The notes below the pieces were generated by a model, which saw nothing but the letters and a program-made list of their open reading frames with translations, made no database searches and was not told the DNA's origin. The position numbers were made by a program, and so were the translations under genes. From positions 124,001-188,000 of the IMG/VR virus record IMGVR_UViG_3300008448_000001: a DNA stretch of 64,000 nucleotides; one strand, given 5' to 3'. How positions within the stretch are numbered: position 1 is the stretch's first letter; the number at the start of each line of letters is the position of its first letter. Of the stretch, positions 40,658 to 48,588 are shown piece after piece.

Positions 40658-41272
40658 ATGAAAAAAGTTTTTACGTATTATGAACCCGTTAGTCAGCTTG
40701 AACGTCAACTTGAACAGATTGATGTCTGCCGCCAATCCTGGGAAAGAAACGGTTGGAAGTTGGAAGTGATCGGAGAATCTGTTGCAAGCAGATCCGCTTT
40801 TTACGCCCAATACGTTGAAGCCATAACCAAGCTTCCGACCGTAAATCCCGGCAAATACAACTATCACTGTTACATGCGTTGGTTGGCCATGGCCGAGATC
40901 GGCGGCGGCATCATGATAGATTACGACGTCGTGAATATCTCTTTGATGCAGCCAGATGTCTTCGAACCTTCAGCGATCGCGGTTCACTGCGGCCACGTAC
41001 CTTGTACTGTGTCCGGCTCTGCCGAAAATTATCTGCGGGTTTGTCGGGAATTTTGCGACCTGGCGAAACGACCTTGGCATTTTATTGAAATTTTCGGCAA
41101 ACCCCACACTTCTGACATGGTTATGCTGGCCACCGGGCTTATCCAGTTCGACGAAAAATACACCGTAACGGAATACCCGGTGCCGGGGCAACTTATACAC
41201 TGCAAGACGGACGCCTGCAATCTTGCAAAAAAACCAAAATTAGAGATAATGAAATCGTTGCTTGGCACATAA
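40658..41272 (+). CDS. Putative GT-A fold glycosyltransferase
   Basis: RWLAM...GGIMIDYDV DxD motif as in GT32/GT34-like enzymes. Confidence 0.6.
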   Translation: MKKVFTYYEPVSQLERQLEQIDVCRQSWERNGWKLEVIGESVASRSAFYAQYVEAITKLPTVNPGKYNYHCYMRWLAMAEIGGGIMIDYDVVNISLMQPDVFEPSAIAVHCGHVPCTVSGSAENYLRVCREFCDLAKRPWHFIEIFGKPHTSDMVMLATGLIQFDEKYTVTEYPVPGQLIHCKTDACNLAKKPKLEIMKSLLGT

Positions 41273-41287
41273 TTTGAGGCGAAATTG

Positions 41288-41725
41288 ATGGCTAGACGGA
41301 TCCAGCTTACAAAGTCAGAAACCGGAACTGTCGTATTCCCTAACTACGGTGCTTACCGCTTGCGTGTCGACGTGACGGACTTCGAGGGAAACGACATAGA
41401 CGGTAACGTGTTCATTTATCGTCGAAACCCGCCTAGCCCGCACACGGATCTTAGCACGGATATATTTGAAGCGGTTGCAGGACCACCGCAACTTGCAGAC
41501 ATACCTGCAGGTGCACCGGATCCGGATCAAAGCTGGCCCTACTATCGCTTGAGCTACGTGGAGCTCGACGTCGCCTCGACGGCTCAAGCGACGGCCATTT
41601 GGGATGAGATACAGCACGAAGTCGGGGTGTTGGTCGCGGCGATGAACCGATTGGACACACTGCAGCCAACGCAAGTCGTCTGGATACCCGATGCACCTGA
41701 AACCTCCACATCAAGTTCTATCTAA
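41288..41725 (+). CDS. Hypothetical (probably virion) protein
   Basis: GAGG RBS; end of late cluster. Confidence 0.6.
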   Translation: MARRIQLTKSETGTVVFPNYGAYRLRVDVTDFEGNDIDGNVFIYRRNPPSPHTDLSTDIFEAVAGPPQLADIPAGAPDPDQSWPYYRLSYVELDVASTAQATAIWDEIQHEVGVLVAAMNRLDTLQPTQVVWIPDAPETSTSSSI

Positions 41726-41726
41726 C

Positions 41727-42023
41727 ATGGCAACACACAAACTGCTGGTACTCGAGGACACAGTTCTCCTTACACTTGCGACAAACCCGAATTTTGTACG
41801 GGAATTTCCGTTCCTTGCGAGCGGTGCCGTGCCCACAGCAAAGAAAAGCTGCAAGCCCTGCAATCGGGCGGCGTCCAAACGCGTGCAGGCGATGCAAACC
41901 ATAAAGCAGTCTATTGTCAACATGGGTGTTGAGAAGAAGAAACGGCTGAAAGAGATGCTTAGCGCGGAGAAGCTTCGCCTTCGTGTTGCTCAAAACGGTA
42001 AGGTCGTAGAGTACACTTTTTAG
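41727..42023 (+). CDS. Small basic protein with CxxC
   Basis: ATG 1 nt after previous stop; KSCKPCNR. Confidence 0.6.
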   Translation: MATHKLLVLEDTVLLTLATNPNFVREFPFLASGAVPTAKKSCKPCNRAASKRVQAMQTIKQSIVNMGVEKKKRLKEMLSAEKLRLRVAQNGKVVEYTF

Positions 42024-42058
42024 ACCTTAATTTAGGGTAAAAACGTGTCAGAATAATA

Positions 42059-42911
42059 TGCAGACGACTTATCGTTTGCAGGTCGGTCGAAGTACAAAGG
42101 CAAACGTACTTTCACTGGCTGAAGTCGAGTATCGCAAAGACCGCACTCACTTGATGTAAAAATCAAGCCGAGGGTAACAGCGTCTTTTGTCTTTGCGATA
42201 TTTGCGGGCGGCTAGCACTTGTGTCGTCCTCACCGAGATCTTCTCTATATGGGTCTTGTGAAGCATTACTGTGTGGCGTGTAAAAGTACACGTGGCACGG
42301 TTTCGGGGTTGAACTAAAAGTCTGAAAAGACATCCCCCAGTTAGTGAAAAACTGTTCTGATGAAAAGTCCTAAATTTCTGTGGGCTTCTTCGTTGGCGTC
42401 TTGTTGTATCTTTTTACGCAAGGCGAAGCCAAAAAGCAGTGAACGTTCCGAGAACATACCTTCTCGTTAAAACATAGGTAACGTGGTTACTAGCTCCACT
42501 AAAAAAAGGCTAGCAGATGTTTTGATCAAAAACGATTAAAGCACCCAGTGCGAGTCTGGCGTTTTGTCCAACGTAAAACGATACGCAAAGCTACCGCGAA
42601 GGAGCCATTAATAATCCGGGGAAGTTCTGGATCGCTTAGCAAGCGGCAACAGCTCGTACCCTTAGGCTAACAACCTAAGCTAGCCTGGGCATACAGGTAA
42701 AAATGCAGAGCTCACTCTTTTAGGGGTCCTAGTTACAGGATTCGATTACCGCAAGCATAAAGACTGGTGAGAGTCTTTACTGAGTAAGCGGTATACGGCA
42801 CCATGAATCAGCCTCTACGTGGCGGTGCTAGATAACCAACCGATGATTCATTCCGCGTGTTTTACCACGCAAGCTCTACCGCATTCAGTGGATGCGGCGG
42901 TGGGGCTTTTT
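42059..42911 (+). ncRNA. Candidate large structured ncRNA
   Basis: ~900 bp without a credible ORF in a gene-dense genome; near-continuous hairpins with G-U pairs on + strand; ends in terminator. Confidence 0.6.
42871..42911 (+). terminator. Rho-independent terminator
   Basis: AGCTCTACCGC...GCGGTGGGGCT stem followed by T run. Confidence 0.7.
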
Positions 42912-42937
42912 ACTTTTGCATTCACAAGGATAAAATT

Positions 42938-43414
42938 ATGTTTTCTTTTTTGTTCAAAAAGCAAACCCCGGCAGCGACTCCCGTCAAGCGGAAAACCAAG
43001 TTTGAGCAAGCTGTGGCGTTTGCAAGATCCGCATGGCCGTTGCCGTCCGACTACTCCGATTGGTTTGCTCATAACCATTTCGACGTGCTAGTAATGCGCG
43101 GTTTGGATGAGCCAAGGGACTCGCAATCTCCGTTACATCGTGTAATGGAGGCATGGCACGCTAGCGTGCCAAAGGAGCTGCGTGACGAGCTGCTCGCTTC
43201 GGAAGAGTACCGCCAAGCGGTACTGCATGTGTTCTCGAGGCAGACGGAAGAAAGCCTTTCCAAGTTGCTTTCAAAAATGGGCGATCACGGCTACTGGGCG
43301 CCGATGGCGGCTTGTGTCCGGGATGTCCTGGCTCGCAAATGGTACGGGGCGATGCGAATTGTCCGTCTCAACGATGACGGGAAAATTCATTACAACTACA
43401 CCGTACGCGACTAG
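42938..43414 (+). CDS. Hypothetical protein
   Basis: AAGGA RBS before ATG 42938. Confidence 0.65.
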   Translation: MFSFLFKKQTPAATPVKRKTKFEQAVAFARSAWPLPSDYSDWFAHNHFDVLVMRGLDEPRDSQSPLHRVMEAWHASVPKELRDELLASEEYRQAVLHVFSRQTEESLSKLLSKMGDHGYWAPMAACVRDVLARKWYGAMRIVRLNDDGKIHYNYTVRD

Positions 43415-43518
43415 GCTCGAGTCCTGGGCAGGACGTTAAAAGGCTCAAAAGAAATCAAATCAAAATTCGCGAGTTGCTTACGCGAACACCTTCTGATTTG
43501 ATTTTTATTTGCAACTCC

Positions 43519-43566
43519 AGGAGGAGTACCGTCAAAGCAATAAACTTTGATGGTACTCCTCCTTTT
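43519..43566 (+). terminator. Strong hairpin / terminator
   Basis: 19 bp stem AGGAGGAGTACCGTCAAAG/CTTTGATGGTACTCCTCCT (one G-T) plus T run. Confidence 0.7.
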
Positions 43567-43605
43567 GCGTAAACGATCTAACAAGATCGCTTACGCTTTT
43601 TTTTT
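43567..43605 (+). terminator. Rho-independent terminator
   Basis: GCGTAAACGATCT/AGATCGCTTACGC stem followed by T9. Confidence 0.75.
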
Positions 43606-43635
43606 AACTGTTGACAACCAAAATTGGATTTAAAA

Positions 43636-44004
43636 ATGCGCACAATTGCTTTGATCGTTTTCACTTTTTCGATGTTGTTTTCCCTTTCGGTCATGCAAGG
43701 GGAGGAAGGCAAGCTTCCCGCCAAAAATCGGGAGAAGGTGGAAGCACAAGTTACACGGGAGTTTCAGAATTCCTTTTGGATGGCGTTCGTCATCCAACGC
43801 GGAGAACCGGGCCCGGTTTTCAGACGTTCAATGGACAAGGTTCTCGCGAAAAAAATTCGCGAGTTGACGGACGACGAGCTTGTCATCCTTAACAAGAGGA
43901 TGGCGGATCTGACCGAAGAAGAGACGGAGGTTGTTCGAGCTTTTACAGCTCGAACAACGTGGAATGTGCTGTTTACCATTGTCTTCATGGACGCAAATAA
44001 ATAA
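43636..44004 (+). CDS. Secreted hypothetical protein
   Basis: Signal-peptide-like MRTIALIVFTFSMLFSLSVMQG. Confidence 0.6.
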   Translation: MRTIALIVFTFSMLFSLSVMQGEEGKLPAKNREKVEAQVTREFQNSFWMAFVIQRGEPGPVFRRSMDKVLAKKIRELTDDELVILNKRMADLTEEETEVVRAFTARTTWNVLFTIVFMDANK

Positions 44005-44012
44005 GGCTGGGG

Positions 44013-44857
44013 ACACATGAAACCTGAAGAACTAGCAACGATTTTAACTGAGCACGCGAAGTGGTTAAAGGATGAAGGTGGCAAAAGGGCCAACCTGCAC
44101 AGGGCCGAACTTCGCGGGGCCAACCTTGGTGGGGCCGAACTTGCCATGGTCAAACTTGCCGGGGCCGACCTTCGCGATGCCAACCTTCGCGGGGCCAACC
44201 TTGGTGGGGCCGAACTTGCCATGGTCAAACTTGCCGGGGCCGACCTTCGCGATGCCAACCTTGCCGGGGCCAACCTTCGCGGGGCCAACCTTCGCAGGGC
44301 CTTCCTTTTAGGAGCCAGCCTTATCGGGGCCGACCTGGAAGGGGCCAACCTTTACAAGGCCAACCTTATCGGAGCCAACCTTGCCGGGGCCAACCTTCGC
44401 GGGGCCAACCTTTACAAGGCCAACCTTATCGGAGCCAACCTTGACGGGGCCGACCTTCGCGGGGTCAACCTTCGCGGGGCCAACCTTCGCCGGGCCAATC
44501 TTGAAGGGGCCGACCTTCGCGGGGCCAACCTTAACGGCGCTGACCTTGACGATGCTAATCTTACTGGGGCAAGAATCGACACCCTGGTTTGTCGCATGGA
44601 TATCGATCGTTGGTCGATCTGCGTTTACGCGGACCGAACATCCATCGGTTGCAAAACACAACCTAATGAAAACTGGTTGGCTTGGACATCGGAAAGCGAA
44701 GAGATCAAGAAGATGCACTCCGATGCGGCTTCTTGGTGGGCAACGCACGGCGAGTTTATCAAAGCAGCAATCCGCCACGTGATAAAAAATTCGAAAGGCA
44801 ATAACACATGAAACCTGAAGAACTAGCAACGATTTTAACTGAGCACGCGAAGTGGTT
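44013..44857 (+). repeat. 54 bp exact direct repeat at 44013-44066 and 44804-44857
   Basis: ACACATGAAACCTGAAGAACTAGCAACGATTTTAACTGAGCACGCGAAGTGGTT twice. Confidence 0.92.
44017..44811 (+). CDS. Pentapeptide repeat protein
   Basis: Long A(N/D)LxG repeat tract plus C-terminal domain (SIGCK...WL...WW). Confidence 0.92.
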   Translation: MKPEELATILTEHAKWLKDEGGKRANLHRAELRGANLGGAELAMVKLAGADLRDANLRGANLGGAELAMVKLAGADLRDANLAGANLRGANLRRAFLLGASLIGADLEGANLYKANLIGANLAGANLRGANLYKANLIGANLDGADLRGVNLRGANLRRANLEGADLRGANLNGADLDDANLTGARIDTLVCRMDIDRWSICVYADRTSIGCKTQPNENWLAWTSESEEIKKMHSDAASWWATHGEFIKAAIRHVIKNSKGNNT

Positions 44858-45467
44858 GCGTGGCGAGGGCGGAAAGAAAGCCAACTTTTACAGTGCCAAC
44901 CTGGTTAGTGCCAACCTTTGCGGTGTTTATATGCGACATTGCGACTTTCGCCTGGCTGAGCTTGTACGGGCCAACCTGGTCTATGCCAACCTTGGCGAGG
45001 CCAACCTGCGAGGTGCCAACCTGTTAGACGCTAAACTGTTCGAGGCTAACCTGGAAGGTGCCGACTTGCGGCATGCCAACCTAAGCGAGGCCAACCTTCG
45101 AGGTGCCGACCTGCGGCATGCCAACCTGGAAGGCGCCAATCTGTACCGTGCAAACCTGGAAGGCGCCAATCTGTACCGTGCAAACCTGAAAGGTGCAAAC
45201 CTGAGCCGCACCGTCGTGATCGGCGCTTGCATCAACGCCGCAATTTGTAGGATGGATTTTGGAGGTTGGTCGGTCTGCGTTTACGCGGACCGAACAGCTA
45301 TCGGCTGCCAGCAGCGCATTAACGAGGACTGGTTAGCGTGGACGCCTGAAAGCGAAGAGATCAAGCAGATGCACGAAGATGCGTCTGCTTGGTGGAAGTC
45401 GCACGGCGAAATGATTAAAGGCGTGATACGGGGTGTGATGGCAAAAGCGAAAGGCGGTGACACGTGA
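44808..45467 (+). CDS. Pentapeptide repeat protein (tandem paralog)
   Basis: Same architecture; identical first 16 codons. Confidence 0.92.
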   Translation: MKPEELATILTEHAKWLRGEGGKKANFYSANLVSANLCGVYMRHCDFRLAELVRANLVYANLGEANLRGANLLDAKLFEANLEGADLRHANLSEANLRGADLRHANLEGANLYRANLEGANLYRANLKGANLSRTVVIGACINAAICRMDFGGWSVCVYADRTAIGCQQRINEDWLAWTPESEEIKQMHEDASAWWKSHGEMIKGVIRGVMAKAKGGDT

Positions 45468-45976
45468 GAACGGAAGATTTGATGGCCGGGTTGAAGCCTG
45501 GCACGTGCCTTTGGCGGGATTTTTCCGTCAACAAGAACCACGAAGTTAAATTGGCTAACGTCCCGTTCACGCAAACCGACAAAGGTAATTTTACCGCCCG
45601 TTTGCTGTTCTACGGATCCTGGCTTTTCGAGCCTACGGTGTGGAACCGGGCGGCTAAACCGCACGGGTTTGTGATCTTTGTGGACGAGCTTCCACCCGAC
45701 GACTGGACGCACCTAACGGTGCAAAGGGTCGCCGGTAATCGAAAATCGCTCACAGCAAAGTACGGAGGATTGCTACCAAGTTTGGAAGAGTACTTAGTAT
45801 TCTGCCAGCAGTCCTTCAAGTTGAAACAAGAAATCGTGAATGAAACGCCAAAAAGGAAAATTCAAGCCGGTCTTTCGCTGAAGGTTTCACTTCCGAAGGA
45901 ACAGCACCGCATGGTTGTCGTTCATCACTTCGATGAATCGGATTTAGTCCCGACTTTTCAATATGTCGAAAGGTAA
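45464..45976 (+). CDS. Hypothetical protein
   Basis: GTGA overlap with previous stop. Confidence 0.6.
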   Translation: MRTEDLMAGLKPGTCLWRDFSVNKNHEVKLANVPFTQTDKGNFTARLLFYGSWLFEPTVWNRAAKPHGFVIFVDELPPDDWTHLTVQRVAGNRKSLTAKYGGLLPSLEEYLVFCQQSFKLKQEIVNETPKRKIQAGLSLKVSLPKEQHRMVVVHHFDESDLVPTFQYVER

Positions 45977-45979
45977 GAA

Positions 45980-46225
45980 ATGGCAGAAATTGACGCGATC
46001 GCACTCGACGCAGTAATGAACAGTTTAAAACGCGCAGGTCTTTCCTGGCCGCACGGCGACCGAGAAATGCTTAAAGGTTTGATCCGAATTTACTTCGGGG
46101 ATATTTCAACTCGGCTCATTGCCGAGCTGGAAAAAATCGACAAGCAATGCGCAGCGGCACAACGTGCTGTTGACAGCCTCCAGGTTGCTTGGAAAAAAGA
46201 TAAGAATCGAAAGCGAGCCTTTTGA
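45980..46225 (+). CDS. Hypothetical protein
   Basis: AAGGT RBS; 81 aa helical. Confidence 0.55.
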   Translation: MAEIDAIALDAVMNSLKRAGLSWPHGDREMLKGLIRIYFGDISTRLIAELEKIDKQCAAAQRAVDSLQVAWKKDKNRKRAF

Positions 46226-46234
46226 TTTAGTGTG

Positions 46235-46308
46235 GTGACCGTAGCTCAATAGGTTAGAGCAGGAGACTCATAATCTCTCGGTTCCCGGTTCAAGTCCGGG
46301 CGGTCACA
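46235..46308 (+). tRNA. tRNA with CAT anticodon, probably tRNA-Ile2 (otherwise elongator Met)
   Basis: Acceptor GTGACCG/CGGTCAC, D arm GCTC/GAGC, anticodon loop CTCATAA, T arm CCCGG-TTCAAGT-CCGGG, discriminator A, CCA not encoded. Confidence 0.92.
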
Positions 46309-46371
46309 CTGCTGACAACTGCTACGTAGCAGCTGTTACCTTGTTTGTTAGACCCTTTCACAGGAGTTGAT

Positions 46372-46623
46372 ATGATAGGTTTAATGAAGAAGAAGAACCG
46401 CAAGGAGTGGTTCGATAAAATTGCGAGAGAGTCGCGACGTCTCGGAAGCTACATGGTGAGCTACAATCCGCAGAAAAAAAACGGAGCCTCGGAAGAGGAA
46501 ATCGTTTGGGAGTTGAAGAAACGAGGAGTGCAGTCAGTGCAGTTTTACTCCGCCTTTTTCGACGTGTTTACCCCGTTTAAACCCGCGGAAAACGAGCAAC
46601 CGCTGACGGAAGCGTGTTCCTAA
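46372..46623 (+). CDS. Hypothetical protein
   Basis: AGGAG RBS before ATG 46372. Confidence 0.55.
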   Translation: MIGLMKKKNRKEWFDKIARESRRLGSYMVSYNPQKKNGASEEEIVWELKKRGVQSVQFYSAFFDVFTPFKPAENEQPLTEACS

Positions 46624-46645
46624 CGCAAGACTTCAGGGAGGAAGT

Positions 46646-46807
46646 ATGCTCCGATTGATTTTGATTTTTACGTTTCTGGCGGGCGGTTGCGCCGCCCCCA
46701 GACAACAAACATTAAGGGTGGACGTCTACGCACGTAATGTAGATGTCCTTGCTGATAAGTTTTCAGGGAACGGCGATGTTGCGGTTTCCTATTCATCCGT
46801 TTGGTAA
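46646..46807 (+). CDS. 53 aa putative lipoprotein (absent from ORF track)
   Basis: GGAGG RBS; MLRLILIFTFLAGG-C signal; TAA at 46805-46807. Confidence 0.6.
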   Translation: MLRLILIFTFLAGGCAAPRQQTLRVDVYARNVDVLADKFSGNGDVAVSYSSVW

Positions 46808-46820
46808 GAAAGACAGAATC

Positions 46821-47054
46821 ATGATCTCCACAGTTGAAAAGTCCCGTGACACCTTCGTGGCGGCGAGAAGCGTAATCGTCGTGCGACGAAAAACCTTGAA
46901 GGCGTTCCAGGCCGAACCGCAAGATCCGTGGAAGGTCGGTTTAGAAAGTACGACAGACCAACTGTCGCCAGAAGAGCTGGTTTCCTGGTTTCGCCAGGGT
47001 TACTCGCCCGCTGATATCAACAAGACGAAACCTTCACGTCTTACCTTCGAGTAA
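46821..47054 (+). CDS. Hypothetical protein
   Basis: ATG just after the lipoprotein stop. Confidence 0.5.
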   Translation: MISTVEKSRDTFVAARSVIVVRRKTLKAFQAEPQDPWKVGLESTTDQLSPEELVSWFRQGYSPADINKTKPSRLTFE

Positions 47055-47088
47055 CAAAAGAACCTGAGAAAGGATTTTGATTTTGCCT

Positions 47089-47466
47089 ATGTCAGATACA
47101 AAGCTATCGAAGTTATCGATTACCCGTCGCGTTTGCATGGGGTCGAAACCCCCAGATGAAAGCTGCTTTTTGTTGGGTGAGACGGAGTTTCAGGTGCGAG
47201 CTTCGTCGCAAAATACCGCGCAAATTTGTGTCGTACCTCCGGGCGGTAAGCCGAGTTACCTGCGGTTTCTCGCTAAAGACAAGCCGTTGAAGCACGGGCA
47301 GTGCTTGATCGAACTTGTCGAAGGAGGATCGAATATCAGGCTCCGGTTCACCGCGACTCAGTCGGTGGCGATCGACCGCAAGGAAGTTCGGCGAGCAAAG
47401 TTGGCGTCAGCTAACCGTCAACGGGCTACCGCGAAAACCGTAGACACGGTTGTCGCAAGCAAGTAA
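47089..47466 (+). CDS. CsrA/RsmA-like protein, extended
   Basis: LSITRR...ESCFLLG and GSNIRLRFTATQSVAIDRKEV resemble the N- and C-terminal CsrA motifs (LILTRR.GE; VRIGI.AP..V.VHREE). Confidence 0.5.
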   Translation: MSDTKLSKLSITRRVCMGSKPPDESCFLLGETEFQVRASSQNTAQICVVPPGGKPSYLRFLAKDKPLKHGQCLIELVEGGSNIRLRFTATQSVAIDRKEVRRAKLASANRQRATAKTVDTVVASK

Positions 47467-47508
47467 AATCCCCGAAAGTTCAACCCTTTACTCGAGAGGT
47501 ATACACAG

Positions 47509-47835
47509 ATGATTGAAGTAGTGCAGTGCCAACTAGCTAGTGACGGCACGCGGGCCATCGTTTCGGTGCGGTCCGACAAAAAGTCGTTTACCGAGCAGAT
47601 CGAAGAGCTTGGATCGGCTGCGGCCCGTAACGAGGCCCTAAGAGCCGCGAGTTCCGCTGGCATTAAGGGGTCTCCCGGCATTTCGGGAGCCGCCCAGGCG
47701 ATTCACCCGCGAAACAAAGAAGGCAAGTCGTTAGACGACCTTCGCGATAGCGAAGGGAAACCGCTTGACTTTTCGAGCCCGGAAATGCAACCAGCCTATT
47801 ACCAGGCTGCCTTTGAGATCACCGCCAAGGTGTAA
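47509..47835 (+). CDS. Hypothetical protein
   Basis: GAGGT RBS; 108 aa. Confidence 0.65.
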   Translation: MIEVVQCQLASDGTRAIVSVRSDKKSFTEQIEELGSAAARNEALRAASSAGIKGSPGISGAAQAIHPRNKEGKSLDDLRDSEGKPLDFSSPEMQPAYYQAAFEITAKV

Positions 47836-47855
47836 TCGCAGGTAATGCCAATTTC

Positions 47856-48125
47856 GACAGCAATCAGCTAGCCATTTCGGTGGCTAGCTAACGCAAGGCG
47901 GCAACAGCCTAAGTTGCACTAACAAATAAGCCGACCGGGTACGCGAACAAGTTCCGACAGACGGTCAGGTCTAGGTCTCAAAGAATAGCCCTGACGCCCG
48001 TTAGGCCACCACAGGCAAGCGATTCGGATAGCAAAACATGAGGAGAACAGTCATGAAGCGATGATGATTACAAGACGAGCCGAACTCGGAGGCAAAACCG
48101 ATAAGGCGGCAACAGCCTGAGTTGC
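47856..48125 (+). ncRNA. Candidate structured RNA with a duplicated 23 nt hairpin motif
   Basis: AGCTAGCCA/TGGCTAGCT stem; AAGGCGGCAACAGCCTRAGTTGC at 47895 and 48103. Confidence 0.4.
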
Positions 48126-48127
48126 GA

Positions 48128-48252
48128 GGATCGGCGGCGTGGACAACGACACGCGGAAAGCTGTGCAACGCCTAAACGCATAGACGCAACGGATTCGGAA
48201 CAGATCGAATACCGCCAAGTATGAAAAGCAGGTGTAATTCCTGCCCGATCCT
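48128..48252 (+). ncRNA. tRNA-like element A
   Basis: GGATCGG/CCGATCC acceptor-like stem, GCGTG/CACGC D-like arm, GCAGG-TGTAATT-CCTGC T-like arm. Confidence 0.65.
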
Positions 48253-48253
48253 T

Positions 48254-48411
48254 TGCATATGCGAAACCTGCTACTGGTAGCCTACGGGCATGCAGAGTCC
48301 AGTGAAATGGTTAATTTTGTGCCGCAAGGATCTGCTTCCGGAGATAATTCGAAAGGAGCAGGGAGCGGGTAATCGGGTCGTGCCGAGCAAAGACACAGCC
48401 GGAGAGACGGC
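48254..48411 (+). ncRNA. Structured RNA, possibly manA-motif-like
   Basis: GCGAAACCTGC, GTGCCGC, GCGGGTAATCGGGT...CCGAG blocks and hairpins; resemblance to manA is from memory only. Confidence 0.35.
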
Positions 48412-48413
48412 GA

Positions 48414-48508
48414 GGATCGGCGGCGTGGACAGTGACACGCTCACCAACACTCCTGCAAGTATCCAATTGAGTGCAGGCGACAGCAGGTGCTAATTCCTGC
48501 CCGATCCT
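48414..48508 (+). ncRNA. tRNA-like element B
   Basis: Same acceptor/D/T scaffold as element A with a different interior. Confidence 0.65.
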
Positions 48509-48588
48509 TTTCGGAGCGGTACGAAAGAAAGATAGTAAAAGGTGCGAAATGACACCAGATAAGCAACCGCTTGTGAGGCTGGTAAATT

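Noticed and set aside
42357-42400. CTGATGA, hammerhead ribozyme core
   Set aside because: The following stem is not followed by the required GAAA, and no stem I/III with an NUH site could be built
42723-42745. GGGG...GGATTCGA resembling a tmRNA 5' end
   Set aside because: No matching T arm and CCA acceptor end, no tag ORF found in either linear or permuted order
43611-43637. TTGACA as a sigma-70 -35 box
   Set aside because: No -10 hexamer at proper spacing before the ATG at 43636
44013-45467. Duplicated pentapeptide genes as a DGR template/variable pair
   Set aside because: No reverse transcriptase in the window and differences are not adenine-specific
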